In this document: positions 20,966-31,674 of the stretch, one piece after another
How positions within the stretch are numbered: position 1 is the stretch's first letter
Layout of the letters: the number at the start of each line of letters is the position of its first letter
DNA from: Deltaproteobacteria bacterium
Lineage (GTDB): Bacteria; Myxococcota_A; Polyangia; Fen-1088
Length of the DNA: 64,000 bases
NCBI GenBank assembly: GCA_033763315.1
Contig: JANRKS010000008.1
Location: 1-64,000 of the forward strand
Reading direction: 5' to 3'
The notes under the pieces: generated by a model
Told to the model about the DNA's origin: nothing
The model's database searches: none
Seen by the model: only the letters and a program-made list of their open reading frames with translations
Position numbers and translations under genes: made by a program

Positions 20966-21024
20966 TGCAATTTATGTTATCAGCAACGCTATGAACACGT
21001 GAAGGTTCCTTCATGCCGCGCGCG

Positions 21025-21065
21025 GTGTGGAGTGTCGTCCGCGGTGTGTGGACAATCGTCCTCAC
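21025..21065. promoter_or_regulatory. Tandem palindromic activator site (UAS candidate)
   Basis: GTGTGGAG-N4-GTCCGCGG (21025-21044) and GTGTGGAC-N4-GTCCTCAC (21046-21065), 21-bp period; 13 of the first 16 nt are identical. Confidence 0.62.
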
Positions 21066-21115
21066 TTAAGCGCACGTGCGCCCGCTGATGTTGGCTGGAT
21101 TAAGGCCTCTGACGG

Positions 21116-21133
21116 TTGGCCGTGGCCTTGCAA
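21116..21133 (+). promoter_or_regulatory. Putative sigma54 promoter of the DUF1592-DUF1552 operon
   Basis: TTGGCCGTGGCCTTGCAA = GG-N10-GC with TTGG and TTGCA flanks. Confidence 0.75.
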
Positions 21134-21166
21134 TACCCCAGCGCGCATCGCTGAAAGGAAATGCCC

Positions 21167-22834
21167 GTGAAGTTCAAGGCGTGGTCCATGGTGTTGCTGC
21201 CGCTCGCAGCTTCGTGCACAGGAAGTGTGTCTCCGACAGATGGGACATTTTCCACGGATGAAACAGGAATGCCTGCGCAGGGCGGTCGTACGACCGTGCC
21301 AGACAACGGCCCCGGATCCGCCCTTGATTGCGCGGCCGACGCCATCCCTCGGGCGCGGCTATGGAGGCTCTCGAAACTTCAGTATGCAAACACTGTTAGC
21401 CAGGTGTTTGGCGTCACCCCGGATGTGTCGGAGTTTCCGCTCGATGGTGTTTCCGACGACAGCTTCACGTCATTCGACACCAACGCAGACAAGAACTTGG
21501 TTTCGGATCAGCTTGCGACGCTTTACGAAGCGCAAGCTGCACAGGTGGCCTCTGCCTACGTCACGCGCCTCGCAACGCAAAAGCCGTGCGTGTTGTCCGC
21601 CGCGCCGGTTGCGGGATGTGCGTCCTCATTCTTTCGCACGCTCGCGGGCGCAGCGTTTCGACGCCCTGTAAGCGCCGCCGAGGCAGAACGCCTGGCCAGC
21701 TTCTACGACAAAGCGCGCCTGGCCAACGACGCCACGACCGCCACGCGAATGGCCGCCGAAGCCATCTTGCAGTCGCCTCACTTTCTTTACCGATTCGAAT
21801 TGGGCACGGCGGCCACAGGTGCCAAGGTGCCGCTGACGCAGCATGAGTTGGCCAGCCAGCTGTCTTACTTCATCGCTGACGCCCCGCCTGATGATGCTCT
21901 AAGAAAGGCCGCCGATGATGGTGAGCTGAAATCACCGGCGGCCTTGGCTGGTCACGTTGATCGTTTGCTGGAACGGCCTTCGGCACGTCAAAAGGTTCAG
22001 GCGTTCATGGCCTCGTTCTTGGGCGTTAAGAACCTGGCGGACGGCAAAGCCAAGGATGTTGTGAAATTCCCGATGTTCGACGCCGCGCTGCGATCAGCTG
22101 TGGTCACTGACGGCCTGGCTGTGATTGCAAAGGTGACCTTCGACGAAGCTGGTTCGTTTGATGCGCTGTTTGACCGCGAGATCTCTTTGGGGGTCTCTTT
22201 GTCAGCCGTTTACGGCGCAAGCAAACGCCCCGCGGTGCTCGCCCACCCAGCAGTCATTGCTGCGTTGTCGAACGAAGCAACAACATCACCTGTTCACCGC
22301 GGCCTGTTCTTTCGCCGCTCCCTGCTCTGCGATGCCCTGCCACCGCCGCCCGCAAACGCCTCCAACCAGATTGCGAAGCTGTCGGATCCAAGCAACAAAG
22401 ACGGCACGCAGCGCGATCAGTGGGTCTACTTTCAAAAGTCATCGCCCTCGTGCGCCGGTTGTCACCAGCAGTTTCAGCCCTTCGGACTTGGCCTTGAAAA
22501 CTACGATCCCATTGGCAGGACCAGGGACAACGACAACGGCAAACCCATCGACCTTACCGTCGCTGCCGATGAATCCGATCCACAAATCGATGGCACCTAC
22601 AAAGATGCCGTTGCCCTTGGCAAGGCCATCGCCGCCAGCGACGAAGGACGCGCGTGCTTTGCCATGCAGTACACCACGTTTGGTTTTGGACGCGAGGTTG
22701 ATTTGGCTTCCGACGCCGAGACGTGCCGCCTGAAGCGTCTCGTGCGCCAATTTTCCGAAAAGGATCTGAATGTGAAGGAGCTGCTCAAAGCGATGGTTCT
22801 CGAAGACGGCAGTGGCTACAGGAGTTACCCATGA
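21167..22834 (+). CDS. DUF1592/DUF1588/DUF1595/DUF1587-domain lipoprotein with CxxCH motif
   Basis: Lipobox AASC; RLSKLQYANTV, AFRRP, LQSPHFLYR, ELASQLSY, TSPVHRG, CAGCH, GLENYDPIG. GTG 21167 fits the AAAGGA spacing better than ATG 21161. Confidence 0.88.
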   Translation: MKFKAWSMVLLPLAASCTGSVSPTDGTFSTDETGMPAQGGRTTVPDNGPGSALDCAADAIPRARLWRLSKLQYANTVSQVFGVTPDVSEFPLDGVSDDSFTSFDTNADKNLVSDQLATLYEAQAAQVASAYVTRLATQKPCVLSAAPVAGCASSFFRTLAGAAFRRPVSAAEAERLASFYDKARLANDATTATRMAAEAILQSPHFLYRFELGTAATGAKVPLTQHELASQLSYFIADAPPDDALRKAADDGELKSPAALAGHVDRLLERPSARQKVQAFMASFLGVKNLADGKAKDVVKFPMFDAALRSAVVTDGLAVIAKVTFDEAGSFDALFDREISLGVSLSAVYGASKRPAVLAHPAVIAALSNEATTSPVHRGLFFRRSLLCDALPPPPANASNQIAKLSDPSNKDGTQRDQWVYFQKSSPSCAGCHQQFQPFGLGLENYDPIGRTRDNDNGKPIDLTVAADESDPQIDGTYKDAVALGKAIAASDEGRACFAMQYTTFGFGREVDLASDAETCRLKRLVRQFSEKDLNVKELLKAMVLEDGSGYRSYP

Positions 22835-24126
22835 AGTCCCAGCAACGAAAGGTCGCAAGCTTTGGCCGGCGTCGGCTTTTGCAAGGCTTGGGGTCGGGCG
22901 CGATCGCGTTCGCCCCGTTTGTTCGGGGCCTCGACGCGTGGGGCGCCCCCGCAGGGAACTTCTGCGTGTTCTATACACCGAACGGGCACGTGCGAAGCGA
23001 CTTCGGCGCCACGGGCCAAGACGCCACGTTCACGCTGAAAAGTTCTCTTGCGCCACTTACGCCCATCAAAGCGAAACTATCGGTGTTGCACGATCTCGAC
23101 AACCCCGGCGCGTCGTCAAAGGCAAGCCACGAAGATTGCGTTCGCACCCTTACGTGTCTGGAGGGAGGCGACATATACACGGCACAAGGGCCATCCATCG
23201 ATTGGGTGGTGGCACAGTCGTTCGCGCAGCGACCGCTCACAACGTCATCGCTGTGGGCCGCGGCGCCCAATTGGCAATCGAAGATCAGCTGGAAAGCCAA
23301 AGGCGTTTTTGACGCTCACGTGGACAACGCCAAGACGGTGTGGACAGAACTTTTTGGCAACTTTGTGCCTCCAGGTACGCCCCCCACTGTGATGGACAAA
23401 CGGCGCGAACAAAAGGGCAGCGTGCTTGATTTCGTGATGGAGGACGTAACCATGCTCATGCCGCGGCTGGCGGCGCCGGATAGAGCCAAGCTCTCCAACC
23501 ACCTCGATTCGTTGCGTGAAGTTGAACGAAAAGTGGCGACCCCCATTCCCGCAGCAGGCGGCGGCGCGAATGCCAGCGTGTGCGATCCTGCGGCCGTTCG
23601 CTTGCGCGTGGATGCCGGCACGGGTGCGATTGTGGGCGGCGAGGAGCTCGCGCGCGCGCTTGAAATCAAAATGGATCTCATTGCCACCGGTTTCGCTTGT
23701 GGGAACCGCCGGGTGGCAACGTTATTGGCGCAAGGGGCGTCAGACGGGCGCAACCCGTTTGGCGGCGTTAACCACCACGACGTCAGCCACTATATGGGCA
23801 CAGATCCCGTTGGCACGTGGAAGAAGATCGACTCCTGGTACGCACAACGTTTTCTCTATTTCGCAAACAAGCTTTCCGCACTGGGTGTGCTCGACAACAC
23901 CGTTGTGGTTTGGGCCACCGAGATATCGGAGGAGCATTCTCAAACGGGCTTCGTCATGCCGTTGGCGGGCGGCTCGGCTTTGGGCATGCGGCTGGGAAAG
24001 GCCTTCAACGGCAAAAACACGATCTCAAATTTGTGGGTGTCCGTTCAAAAAGCGATGGGGCTCAACAGCGAAACGTTCGGTGCCAGTTCGTCTGGCGGCC
24101 TGCCGGGGCTGTACACGTCGGTGTAA
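22831..24126 (+). CDS. DUF1552 (HXXSHH) Tat-exported protein
   Basis: RRRLLQG Tat motif; FYTPNG, SIDWVVA, HLDSLREVE, NHHDVSH. ATGA overlap with the upstream gene; AGGAG RBS. Confidence 0.88.
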   Translation: MKSQQRKVASFGRRRLLQGLGSGAIAFAPFVRGLDAWGAPAGNFCVFYTPNGHVRSDFGATGQDATFTLKSSLAPLTPIKAKLSVLHDLDNPGASSKASHEDCVRTLTCLEGGDIYTAQGPSIDWVVAQSFAQRPLTTSSLWAAAPNWQSKISWKAKGVFDAHVDNAKTVWTELFGNFVPPGTPPTVMDKRREQKGSVLDFVMEDVTMLMPRLAAPDRAKLSNHLDSLREVERKVATPIPAAGGGANASVCDPAAVRLRVDAGTGAIVGGEELARALEIKMDLIATGFACGNRRVATLLAQGASDGRNPFGGVNHHDVSHYMGTDPVGTWKKIDSWYAQRFLYFANKLSALGVLDNTVVVWATEISEEHSQTGFVMPLAGGSALGMRLGKAFNGKNTISNLWVSVQKAMGLNSETFGASSSGGLPGLYTSV

Positions 24127-24180
24127 TGCCTTGGAGCCTAAACACAGGCCTTTCGTCAAAGCGCGCGGCTCGGCAAAACG

Positions 24181-24215
24181 AAAACCGCCGTTCCTTTGCA
24201 GGACGCGGCGGTTTT
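24181..24215. terminator. Bidirectional intrinsic terminator
   Basis: AAAACCGCCG...CGGCGGTTTT stem with inner TCCT/AGGA pairs, between convergent genes. Confidence 0.8.
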
Positions 24216-24239
24216 GAGTTTTGAATGCGTGTGGCTTTT

Positions 24240-25148
<909 letters not shown>

Positions 25149-25262
25149 GACCCTGTTGTAAGGCAGAACACTCGATTACATGGTCAGGACTCCGTCATAA
25201 TTCGGTAATGCCAGTGATCTTGGCCGTTTAGCCGATAAAAAACGCTCTAATTCAGGCTCCGT

Positions 25263-26516
25263 TTACAACGACATGGGCGCCGCCATCGGATCTGACGTGA
25301 CGATGGGGTCGGGCGTGTGACCAAGCAGATGGGCGCGCAGTTGCCCCACAAGGAAGACCGACCCCGCCGCCACCACCAGACCGTGTGCCCCGGCCAGAGA
25401 CTGGGCCTCCTTCAAAGCCTGCACCGCGTCCACAACCACCAAGGCGGACGACTGCCCCAAAGCCGCGGCCAGGGCCACCGCGGGCAGCGCGCGATCGCTC
25501 GCACATTGGGTGACAACCACATGTTCCACTTGCGGGAGAACGGCCGCCGCGAAACCAGCCACATCTTTGCCCGCCACCATCGATACCACCAACACACGCG
25601 GACGCACCCGCACTTTCACCAACGCCGCGGCCAAAGCCTGAGCGCCTTCCGCGTTGTGCGCGCAATCGAATAACACGCCTTCTACAAGTTCGAGGCGGCC
25701 GGGCCAAAACACGCGCGACAAACCATCATCCACAGCGTGGCCTGGCAGCACGCGCCCCTGCGCGCCCATCACGAAACGAGCGACTTCAAACGCGATGGCC
25801 GCGTTGCTCTCCTGATGCGCGCCTGACAAAGCGGCTCCACGAATGGGGCTGGCCACCACGGACGTCGGTGCCCCCGCAGCCGCCGCCACAGATTCGATCA
25901 CAGCGGCGATGTGTTGTGGAAGCGGCGGCAGGAACAAAGGCACGCCTGGCCGAGCGATCGCCGCCTTCTCGCGCGCCACATCAAGCAACGTTGGCCCCAA
26001 GATCTCCAGATGATCTTCACCAATGCTCGTGATCGCGGTGGCCACAACGGGCAAAGCCGTCACCGCATCCAGGCGCCCACCCAACCCCGTTTCCATCACG
26101 GCCACATCCACACCTGCATCAGCGATCAAACACACGCTCACCAAAGTGGCGGCTTCGAAATAGGTGAGCGACACACCGGTGGCCAACACGCGCGTCAGCG
26201 CATCGTCGAGCAACCCCGCATCCACTTCTTGCCCATTGAACTTGAGCCGTTCAGTAAAGCGCAGCAGATGCGGCGATGTGAACAAAGCGGTGCGCAGGCC
26301 AGCGGCGCGCAGGATCGATTCCAGCATCGCCGCTGTCGATCCCTTGCCGTTGGTGCCTGCGATCTGAACGAACGCAATGCCAGCTTGCGGATCGCCCAAC
26401 AAACGTAGGGCTTGCCGCACGCGATCAAGACCCAGCAACACGCCCGCGCTGCGCAGCTTGTCCATGCGCTGCAAAAAGCGCACGTACGAAGCAGGAAAGC
26501 GCGTGGGCAAAGTCAT
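25263..26516 (-). CDS. folC: Folylpolyglutamate/dihydrofolate synthase
   Basis: AGTNGKGS, TSPHL, ETGLGGRLDA, WPGRLE, DCAHN; follows accD. Confidence 0.94.
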   Translation of the reverse strand: MTLPTRFPASYVRFLQRMDKLRSAGVLLGLDRVRQALRLLGDPQAGIAFVQIAGTNGKGSTAAMLESILRAAGLRTALFTSPHLLRFTERLKFNGQEVDAGLLDDALTRVLATGVSLTYFEAATLVSVCLIADAGVDVAVMETGLGGRLDAVTALPVVATAITSIGEDHLEILGPTLLDVAREKAAIARPGVPLFLPPLPQHIAAVIESVAAAAGAPTSVVASPIRGAALSGAHQESNAAIAFEVARFVMGAQGRVLPGHAVDDGLSRVFWPGRLELVEGVLFDCAHNAEGAQALAAALVKVRVRPRVLVVSMVAGKDVAGFAAAVLPQVEHVVVTQCASDRALPAVALAAALGQSSALVVVDAVQALKEAQSLAGAHGLVVAAGSVFLVGQLRAHLLGHTPDPIVTSDPMAAPMSL

Positions 26517-26518
26517 TG

Positions 26519-27412
26519 TCAGCTTGCGGCCGCTACGGGCGCAAGCTTGGGCATCAAGAACCGTGACAAGCGTGCCAACGTCGCTTTCATTTCATGACGA
26601 TGCACGATCATGTCAACAAACCCGTGCTGCAGCAAAAACTCTGACCGCTGAAAGCCCGGTGGCAAACTTTGGCGAATGGTGTTTTGAATCACGCGGGCGC
26701 CAGCGAACCCGATGAGCGCTTTGGGTTCAGCGACGATGAAATCGCCCAACATCGCAAAGCTGGCCGCCACACCACCCGTGGTGGGGTTCAACAACACGGA
26801 GAACACAGGCACGTTGGCTTCGCGCAAGCGTGAGATGGCCGCGGACGTCTTCGCCATCTGCATCAACGACAACACGCCCTCTTGCATGCGCGCGCCGCCC
26901 GAGGCGGAGAAGATCATCGCTGGCACACGCCGCTCAAGCGCGCGTTCGTAAACGCGCGCGATCTTTTCGCCCACAACGGAGCCCATCGATCCACCCATGA
27001 ACTCGAACACAAAAAATCCGGCTTCCACTGGCACGCCGTCAATGGTGCCTGCACCTGCCACCAAGGCGTCGTTGACGTGGGCTTTGCGCTTGGCCGCTTT
27101 GACACGTTCGGTGTAGCGCTTCGAGTCTTTGAAGCCGAGGGGATCAACGCTTTCGATCCCGGCGTCATGTTCGGTCCACGAGCCTTCATCGAAAGTCATC
27201 TTGATGCGGTCGAAGGTCGCCAGGGCCATGTGGTGGCCGCACAGCGGACACACCTGGTGGTGACGTTGCAGGTCGGCCGCCAGCAAGGTTTCGCGGCACT
27301 CGGGGCACATTGTGAACACGCCCGCGGGAACGCTGCGCTTGGGCGGCAGTTCGCCGGCATCGCCCTCGTCGCCCGCGTCGGAGGCGCCCTCAATGACTTC
27401 GTCTTTGTCCAT
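26519..27412 (-). CDS. accD: Acetyl-CoA carboxylase carboxyltransferase beta subunit
   Basis: CPEC...CPLC zinc ribbon, FMGGSMG, SGGARMQEG, PTTGGV, FQRSEFL. Confidence 0.96.
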   Translation of the reverse strand: MDKDEVIEGASDAGDEGDAGELPPKRSVPAGVFTMCPECRETLLAADLQRHHQVCPLCGHHMALATFDRIKMTFDEGSWTEHDAGIESVDPLGFKDSKRYTERVKAAKRKAHVNDALVAGAGTIDGVPVEAGFFVFEFMGGSMGSVVGEKIARVYERALERRVPAMIFSASGGARMQEGVLSLMQMAKTSAAISRLREANVPVFSVLLNPTTGGVAASFAMLGDFIVAEPKALIGFAGARVIQNTIRQSLPPGFQRSEFLLQHGFVDMIVHRHEMKATLARLSRFLMPKLAPVAAAS

Positions 27413-27423
27413 AGGCGGGGCCA

Positions 27424-27451
27424 ATCTTGCCCCCGCGTCCCCCCATGTCAA
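27424..27451 (-). promoter_or_regulatory. Putative sigma70-type promoter of accD-folC
   Basis: Minus strand TTGACA-N16-CAAGAT, 11 nt before ATG 27412. Confidence 0.5.
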
Positions 27452-27548
27452 CCCCTGGCGGGCAGCCCCTGCTGGGTCGCCGGCGAAGACGCTGGCATCT
27501 TCCGCAGCGAGCCACTAGTCTAACTTCCCCCGCCTCCCCCGCGCCTGC

Positions 27549-29069
27549 ATGGCAACCAATCATTACGACGCCGTCATTTGCGGCGAAGATCTCGCTGGTC
27601 TCATCACCGCAACCATTTTGGGCCGCCGCGGCCTCAGGGTGCTGCTGGTGGGCCACGATAAGGTGCCATTGACGGTGCAAGCGGGTCCGTTTGTGTTACC
27701 GGCCACGCCGGGCCTTCTGCCGCCGCCCGACAGCGAGCCGATCGAGCGGGTGTTCCACGAACTGAATGACACCCCCATCGTCCGCCGCCGTGCCCCCGCG
27801 CAAATGCCCGCGCTGCAATTGGTGATGCCGCAAGGACGCCTCAATGTGGGGCCCGACAACGGACCGCTGCTCAAGCAGATCGAGCACCTATTCGCCGCGG
27901 ATCTGGCCGCCGCCACGGCGGCCCTCGACACCCTGGCGATGGTCAACAGCCGCCTTGAACCCATTTTGGGGTCAGACGTCACCTTGCCTCCGGCCGGCTT
28001 TTGGGAACGACGCGAGGTTTCCCGGTTCGAAGGCCAGTTGCCGCGCAACGACGTGGATTTGCTTGCGCCCCTGCCCCAACACCATTCGTTGCGGGCTGTT
28101 CTGACGGCGGTGGCCGCCCTTGGCTGTCGGTTCGCGCCCAGCGATCTGGGGCAAGCGCCGCTGGCGCGCGCGTTCGAGCGGGGCCGCAAAGGTTGCCATC
28201 AGCTCCCAGGTGGCATTGCTGATTTGCGAGGGCTGTTCCTCACGAAGCTTTCGACTGTGTCTGGCGAGATTCGTGAGCAGGGCGCGCCACTTGAGCTGCT
28301 TTACAAGCGGGGCCGCGTGGTCGCCGTGCGGTTGCGACCGCGCGATGAAGTGGTGGGGCTGGAACAGCTTGTGTGGTCGTCGCCCTTGGCTTCGTTGCTG
28401 CCGCTGCTCGATGAAAAAACCGCGCGTCGCGTGCGCGAAGAAGCCGTGGGCATCCGACCCGCGTGTTTGCGGTATTGCGTGGTGTTTTTGGTGAAGGCCG
28501 CCGCCATCGTGCCCACCGTGGGTCCGCGCATGATCTCCGTAACGGATCCAACCCGCGCGCTGATGGAGGACAACGCCATCGCCGTGACCGTTGGCTCCCC
28601 TCAACGCGCCGATGGCCACGTGCCCTTATGGGTTGAATGTCTGGTGCCCGCCGCGGTTGTGGAACGTGAACCGGCATATTTATCTGTGGTGCGCAGCCGC
28701 CTGCGCGCGCATCTTTCCCGGTTGATTCCCGATCTCGAAGACAACCTCGTGGCGCTGGCTTCGGCCCACGATGGCTTGGCACCAGAGGTGTTGCGAGGCG
28801 CAGAAAATGCCACCGGGCAATATGGTCCGATCCCGGCGCGCCCTATGCCCGCGGTGCTGAATTCTGATTTGCCGCGATCGCTCGACGTGGGGGCCGTTTT
28901 GCATGAAACGCCGATCAAAAACCTTCACGTGGCCAACGCTGAGAACCTGCCCGGTCTTGGGGTCGAGGGCGATTTCATCTCCGCTTGGGGCGTCGCCCGT
29001 TTGATCAACGGAGCCGTGCGCAAACGGATGGGCGTGGTGAGGCGCGCGGTTTTGCTGGGCGACGCCTAG
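27549..29069 (+). CDS. Phytoene-desaturase-like FAD/NAD-binding-fold protein
   Basis: N-terminal YDAVICGEDLAGL (degenerate Rossmann motif); C-terminal TPIKNL...LPGLGVEG. Confidence 0.7.
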   Translation: MATNHYDAVICGEDLAGLITATILGRRGLRVLLVGHDKVPLTVQAGPFVLPATPGLLPPPDSEPIERVFHELNDTPIVRRRAPAQMPALQLVMPQGRLNVGPDNGPLLKQIEHLFAADLAAATAALDTLAMVNSRLEPILGSDVTLPPAGFWERREVSRFEGQLPRNDVDLLAPLPQHHSLRAVLTAVAALGCRFAPSDLGQAPLARAFERGRKGCHQLPGGIADLRGLFLTKLSTVSGEIREQGAPLELLYKRGRVVAVRLRPRDEVVGLEQLVWSSPLASLLPLLDEKTARRVREEAVGIRPACLRYCVVFLVKAAAIVPTVGPRMISVTDPTRALMEDNAIAVTVGSPQRADGHVPLWVECLVPAAVVEREPAYLSVVRSRLRAHLSRLIPDLEDNLVALASAHDGLAPEVLRGAENATGQYGPIPARPMPAVLNSDLPRSLDVGAVLHETPIKNLHVANAENLPGLGVEGDFISAWGVARLINGAVRKRMGVVRRAVLLGDA

Positions 29070-29192
29070 GCATACAGCGAGTCCGACCCCTTCGTGGTTT
29101 CCGCAATGTTTCAAGTGAGGCCAGGCGCTTGAAAGGCATGCTTGCACCCATCAAGGTACGGGGGATTGCCCGCTAATACCTCACCACCCGGC

Positions 29193-30026
29193 ATGCGTTC
29201 TTTGACCGGCAAGATCATCGCGCTGCCTGAATCGCGCGAACTCGACAAGCTCAGCAGCATGTTGGAGGCCGAGGGGGCGCAAACGCTGCGTTGCCCCTTG
29301 ATATCGATTCTCGACGCCGCCGATCCCGTGCCTTTGCTCAAGTGGTTGGGAGAGCTGGCGCGCGGACAGTTTACCGACGTGATCTTCTTAACGGGCGAAG
29401 GCGTGCGACGACTGTGGACGGTGGCGTGCAAGCACAAGATCGATGCCGGCGTTCACCAGGGGCTGGCACGCGTACGCAAGATCACCCGCGGCCCGAAGCC
29501 TGCGCGTGCCTTGCACGACATGGGGCTTGCGCCGGATCTGTCGCCGTCGCCCCCGACGTCCGCTGGGATCATCGCGCACTTTGAAGGCGCGCGCGCAGAA
29601 CTTTCGGGCCGCATTTTCGGCGTGCAGTTGTTCGGCGATGATCCAGGCACAGCGTTGGTTGAGTTCCTTGCAGCCAACGAGGCGCGCGTGATGACCGTGT
29701 CGCCCTACACATACGCGCCCGCCACTGATGATGAACGCGTCGTCGAATTGATTGAAGCGATCATCAACCTGCGCGTTGACGCCGTGGCCTTCACCACCGC
29801 ACCGCAAGTGGAGCGCTTGTGGCAAGTGGCGGAACGACGGCAGTTGCGAGCCGCGTTGGATGCGGCTTTGCCCAAGTTGGTTGTTGCCGCCGTGGGCCCC
29901 GTGGTGGCCAGCGCGCTCAAAGATCGAGGGCACACGCCAGGCGTGGTGCCCTCGCCGCAATTCTTTATGCGGCGCTTGACTGAGGCCTTGGTGGGCGCGT
30001 TAGGGCCCGCCACACAGAAGCCTTAG
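29193..30026 (+). CDS. hemD: Uroporphyrinogen-III synthase (HemD) family protein
   Basis: FLTGEG, RGPKP, VQLFG, FTTAPQV, AVGPV. Confidence 0.8.
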   Translation: MRSLTGKIIALPESRELDKLSSMLEAEGAQTLRCPLISILDAADPVPLLKWLGELARGQFTDVIFLTGEGVRRLWTVACKHKIDAGVHQGLARVRKITRGPKPARALHDMGLAPDLSPSPPTSAGIIAHFEGARAELSGRIFGVQLFGDDPGTALVEFLAANEARVMTVSPYTYAPATDDERVVELIEAIINLRVDAVAFTTAPQVERLWQVAERRQLRAALDAALPKLVVAAVGPVVASALKDRGHTPGVVPSPQFFMRRLTEALVGALGPATQKP

Positions 30027-30838
30027 GCCGCTTTGTTTTGTCCTTTGTCGTGCTCTTGGCTGTTGAGAAACTCAATCAGCGTGTCGCGGTAATCGTAGTA
30101 CTGCGGATGCTCCATGAGCGTCGCGCGATCACGTGGGCGGCTGAAGGGGACCTTGACGATCTTGCCCACCTTTGCGTGGGGACCACTGGTCATCATCACC
30201 ACACGATCTGAAAGAAAAAGTGCTTCGTCCACATCGTGAGTCACCATGAAAGCTGTTTTGCGATCGGTGGCCCACAGGTCAAGCAACACCTGTTGCAACT
30301 CAAAGCGCGTGAGCGAATCCAGCATGCCGAAGGGTTCGTCCAAAAGCAGCACCTTCGGATCCAACGCAAAAGCCCGGGCGATGCCCACACGTTGGCGCAT
30401 GCCTGCCGAAAGCTCTCCCGACTTCTTCTCCATCGCGTCTTCGAGGCCAACCAACGTCAAGAAATGAGTTGCCTTGTCGGCGCGTTCCTTGCGAGACAGC
30501 TGAGGAAACGCGGCGTTGACCGCCATCATCACGTTGCCAAACGCCGACAACCAGGGCAGCAAGTTCGGCTGTTGAAACACGATGCCGCGATCGATGCCGG
30601 GCTCGCGCACTTCCCGCCCTTGCAGAATGGCGCCGCCCTCAGACGCGTTGATGAGCCCGGCAAGCACAGACAAAACGGTTGATTTGCCGCAGCCTGAGTG
30701 GCCAATCAAACAAACGAACTCGCCCTTTGCAACCGTCAGCTGAAAATCGTCCACCACCTTCGTGGAGGTGCCATCCGCCTTCGGAAAGCTCATCGACAGA
30801 TGAGAGAACTCAAGAAATTTTTCATCAAGGGTGCTCAT
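30023..30838 (-). CDS. nrtD: Nitrate/cyanate/bicarbonate ABC transporter ATPase
   Basis: [31 protein letters not shown]. Confidence 0.85.
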   Translation of the reverse strand: MSTLDEKFLEFSHLSMSFPKADGTSTKVVDDFQLTVAKGEFVCLIGHSGCGKSTVLSVLAGLINASEGGAILQGREVREPGIDRGIVFQQPNLLPWLSAFGNVMMAVNAAFPQLSRKERADKATHFLTLVGLEDAMEKKSGELSAGMRQRVGIARAFALDPKVLLLDEPFGMLDSLTRFELQQVLLDLWATDRKTAFMVTHDVDEALFLSDRVVMMTSGPHAKVGKIVKVPFSRPRDRATLMEHPQYYDYRDTLIEFLNSQEHDKGQNKAA

Positions 30839-31674
30839 GCCAAAGCCTCTTCAGTTTGCGGCGACAACACAATGGCGGGGTCCATCTTGCCCGGCTTTTT
30901 GCGGGCGCCAGGGCCAAGCAAGTAACCGATGACGGTGTTTCGGATGGAACGAAAAGCCGGATCGTGCGTGATGGCGCGGCGGTCACGCGGCCGTGGAATG
31001 TCCACCCTTACCTCGGGGCCCAATGTGGCGGCCGGGCCGGCTGACAACGGAATGATCCGGTCCGCCAGGAGAATGCCTTCGTCCACATCGTTGGTGATCA
31101 GCACGGCCGTGGTGCGGTTCTCGCGCCAAATCTTCTCAATCTCGTCTTGCAAGGTGGCGCGCGTGAGCGCATCAAGGGCACCCAACGGTTCATCCAGCAA
31201 GAGGATCTCTGGATTGCTCGCCAACGCTCGGGCCACCGACACGCGTTGGCGCATGCCTCCGGATAGTTCGTGCGGGCGCTTCTTGGCCGCCGCCGTCAGT
31301 TTCACCATGCTCAAAAACTTATCAACGTGGGCGCGTTTTTGTTCCGCGGACCACGACTTGAACACTTGGTTGACCGCCAACATGATGTTGTCGTAAGCGG
31401 TCAACCAGGGCAGCAAAGAGTAATTCTGAAACACCACGCCGCGATCGGGGCCAGGCCCAACCATCGGCTTGCCGTTCAAGACGATCTCCCCGCGATCGGG
31501 CGTCAGCAGCCCGGCCAGCAACGACATCAGGGTCGTTTTCCCGGCCCCCGAATAACCAACAATCGCCACGAACTCACCCTGTTCGACTTTGAGGTTGATG
31601 TTGCGGAGCACGTGCGTGGCGCTGTCGCCCGTGCCGTAGCTTTTCGCAACGCCGCGCAATTCCAAACAAGCCAT
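30835..31674 (-). CDS. nrtC: Nitrate/cyanate/bicarbonate ABC transporter ATPase
   Basis: [29 protein letters not shown]; TGATG overlap with the permease. Confidence 0.85.
   Translation of the reverse strand: MACLELRGVAKSYGTGDSATHVLRNINLKVEQGEFVAIVGYSGAGKTTLMSLLAGLLTPDRGEIVLNGKPMVGPGPDRGVVFQNYSLLPWLTAYDNIMLAVNQVFKSWSAEQKRAHVDKFLSMVKLTAAAKKRPHELSGGMRQRVSVARALASNPEILLLDEPLGALDALTRATLQDEIEKIWRENRTTAVLITNDVDEGILLADRIIPLSAGPAATLGPEVRVDIPRPRDRRAITHDPAFRSIRNTVIGYLLGPGARKKPGKMDPAIVLSPQTEEALA

Noticed and set aside
25157-25180. TGTAA-N14-TTACA palindrome at the desaturase promoter
   Set aside because: Only 5-bp arms and a single occurrence; too weak to call an operator.
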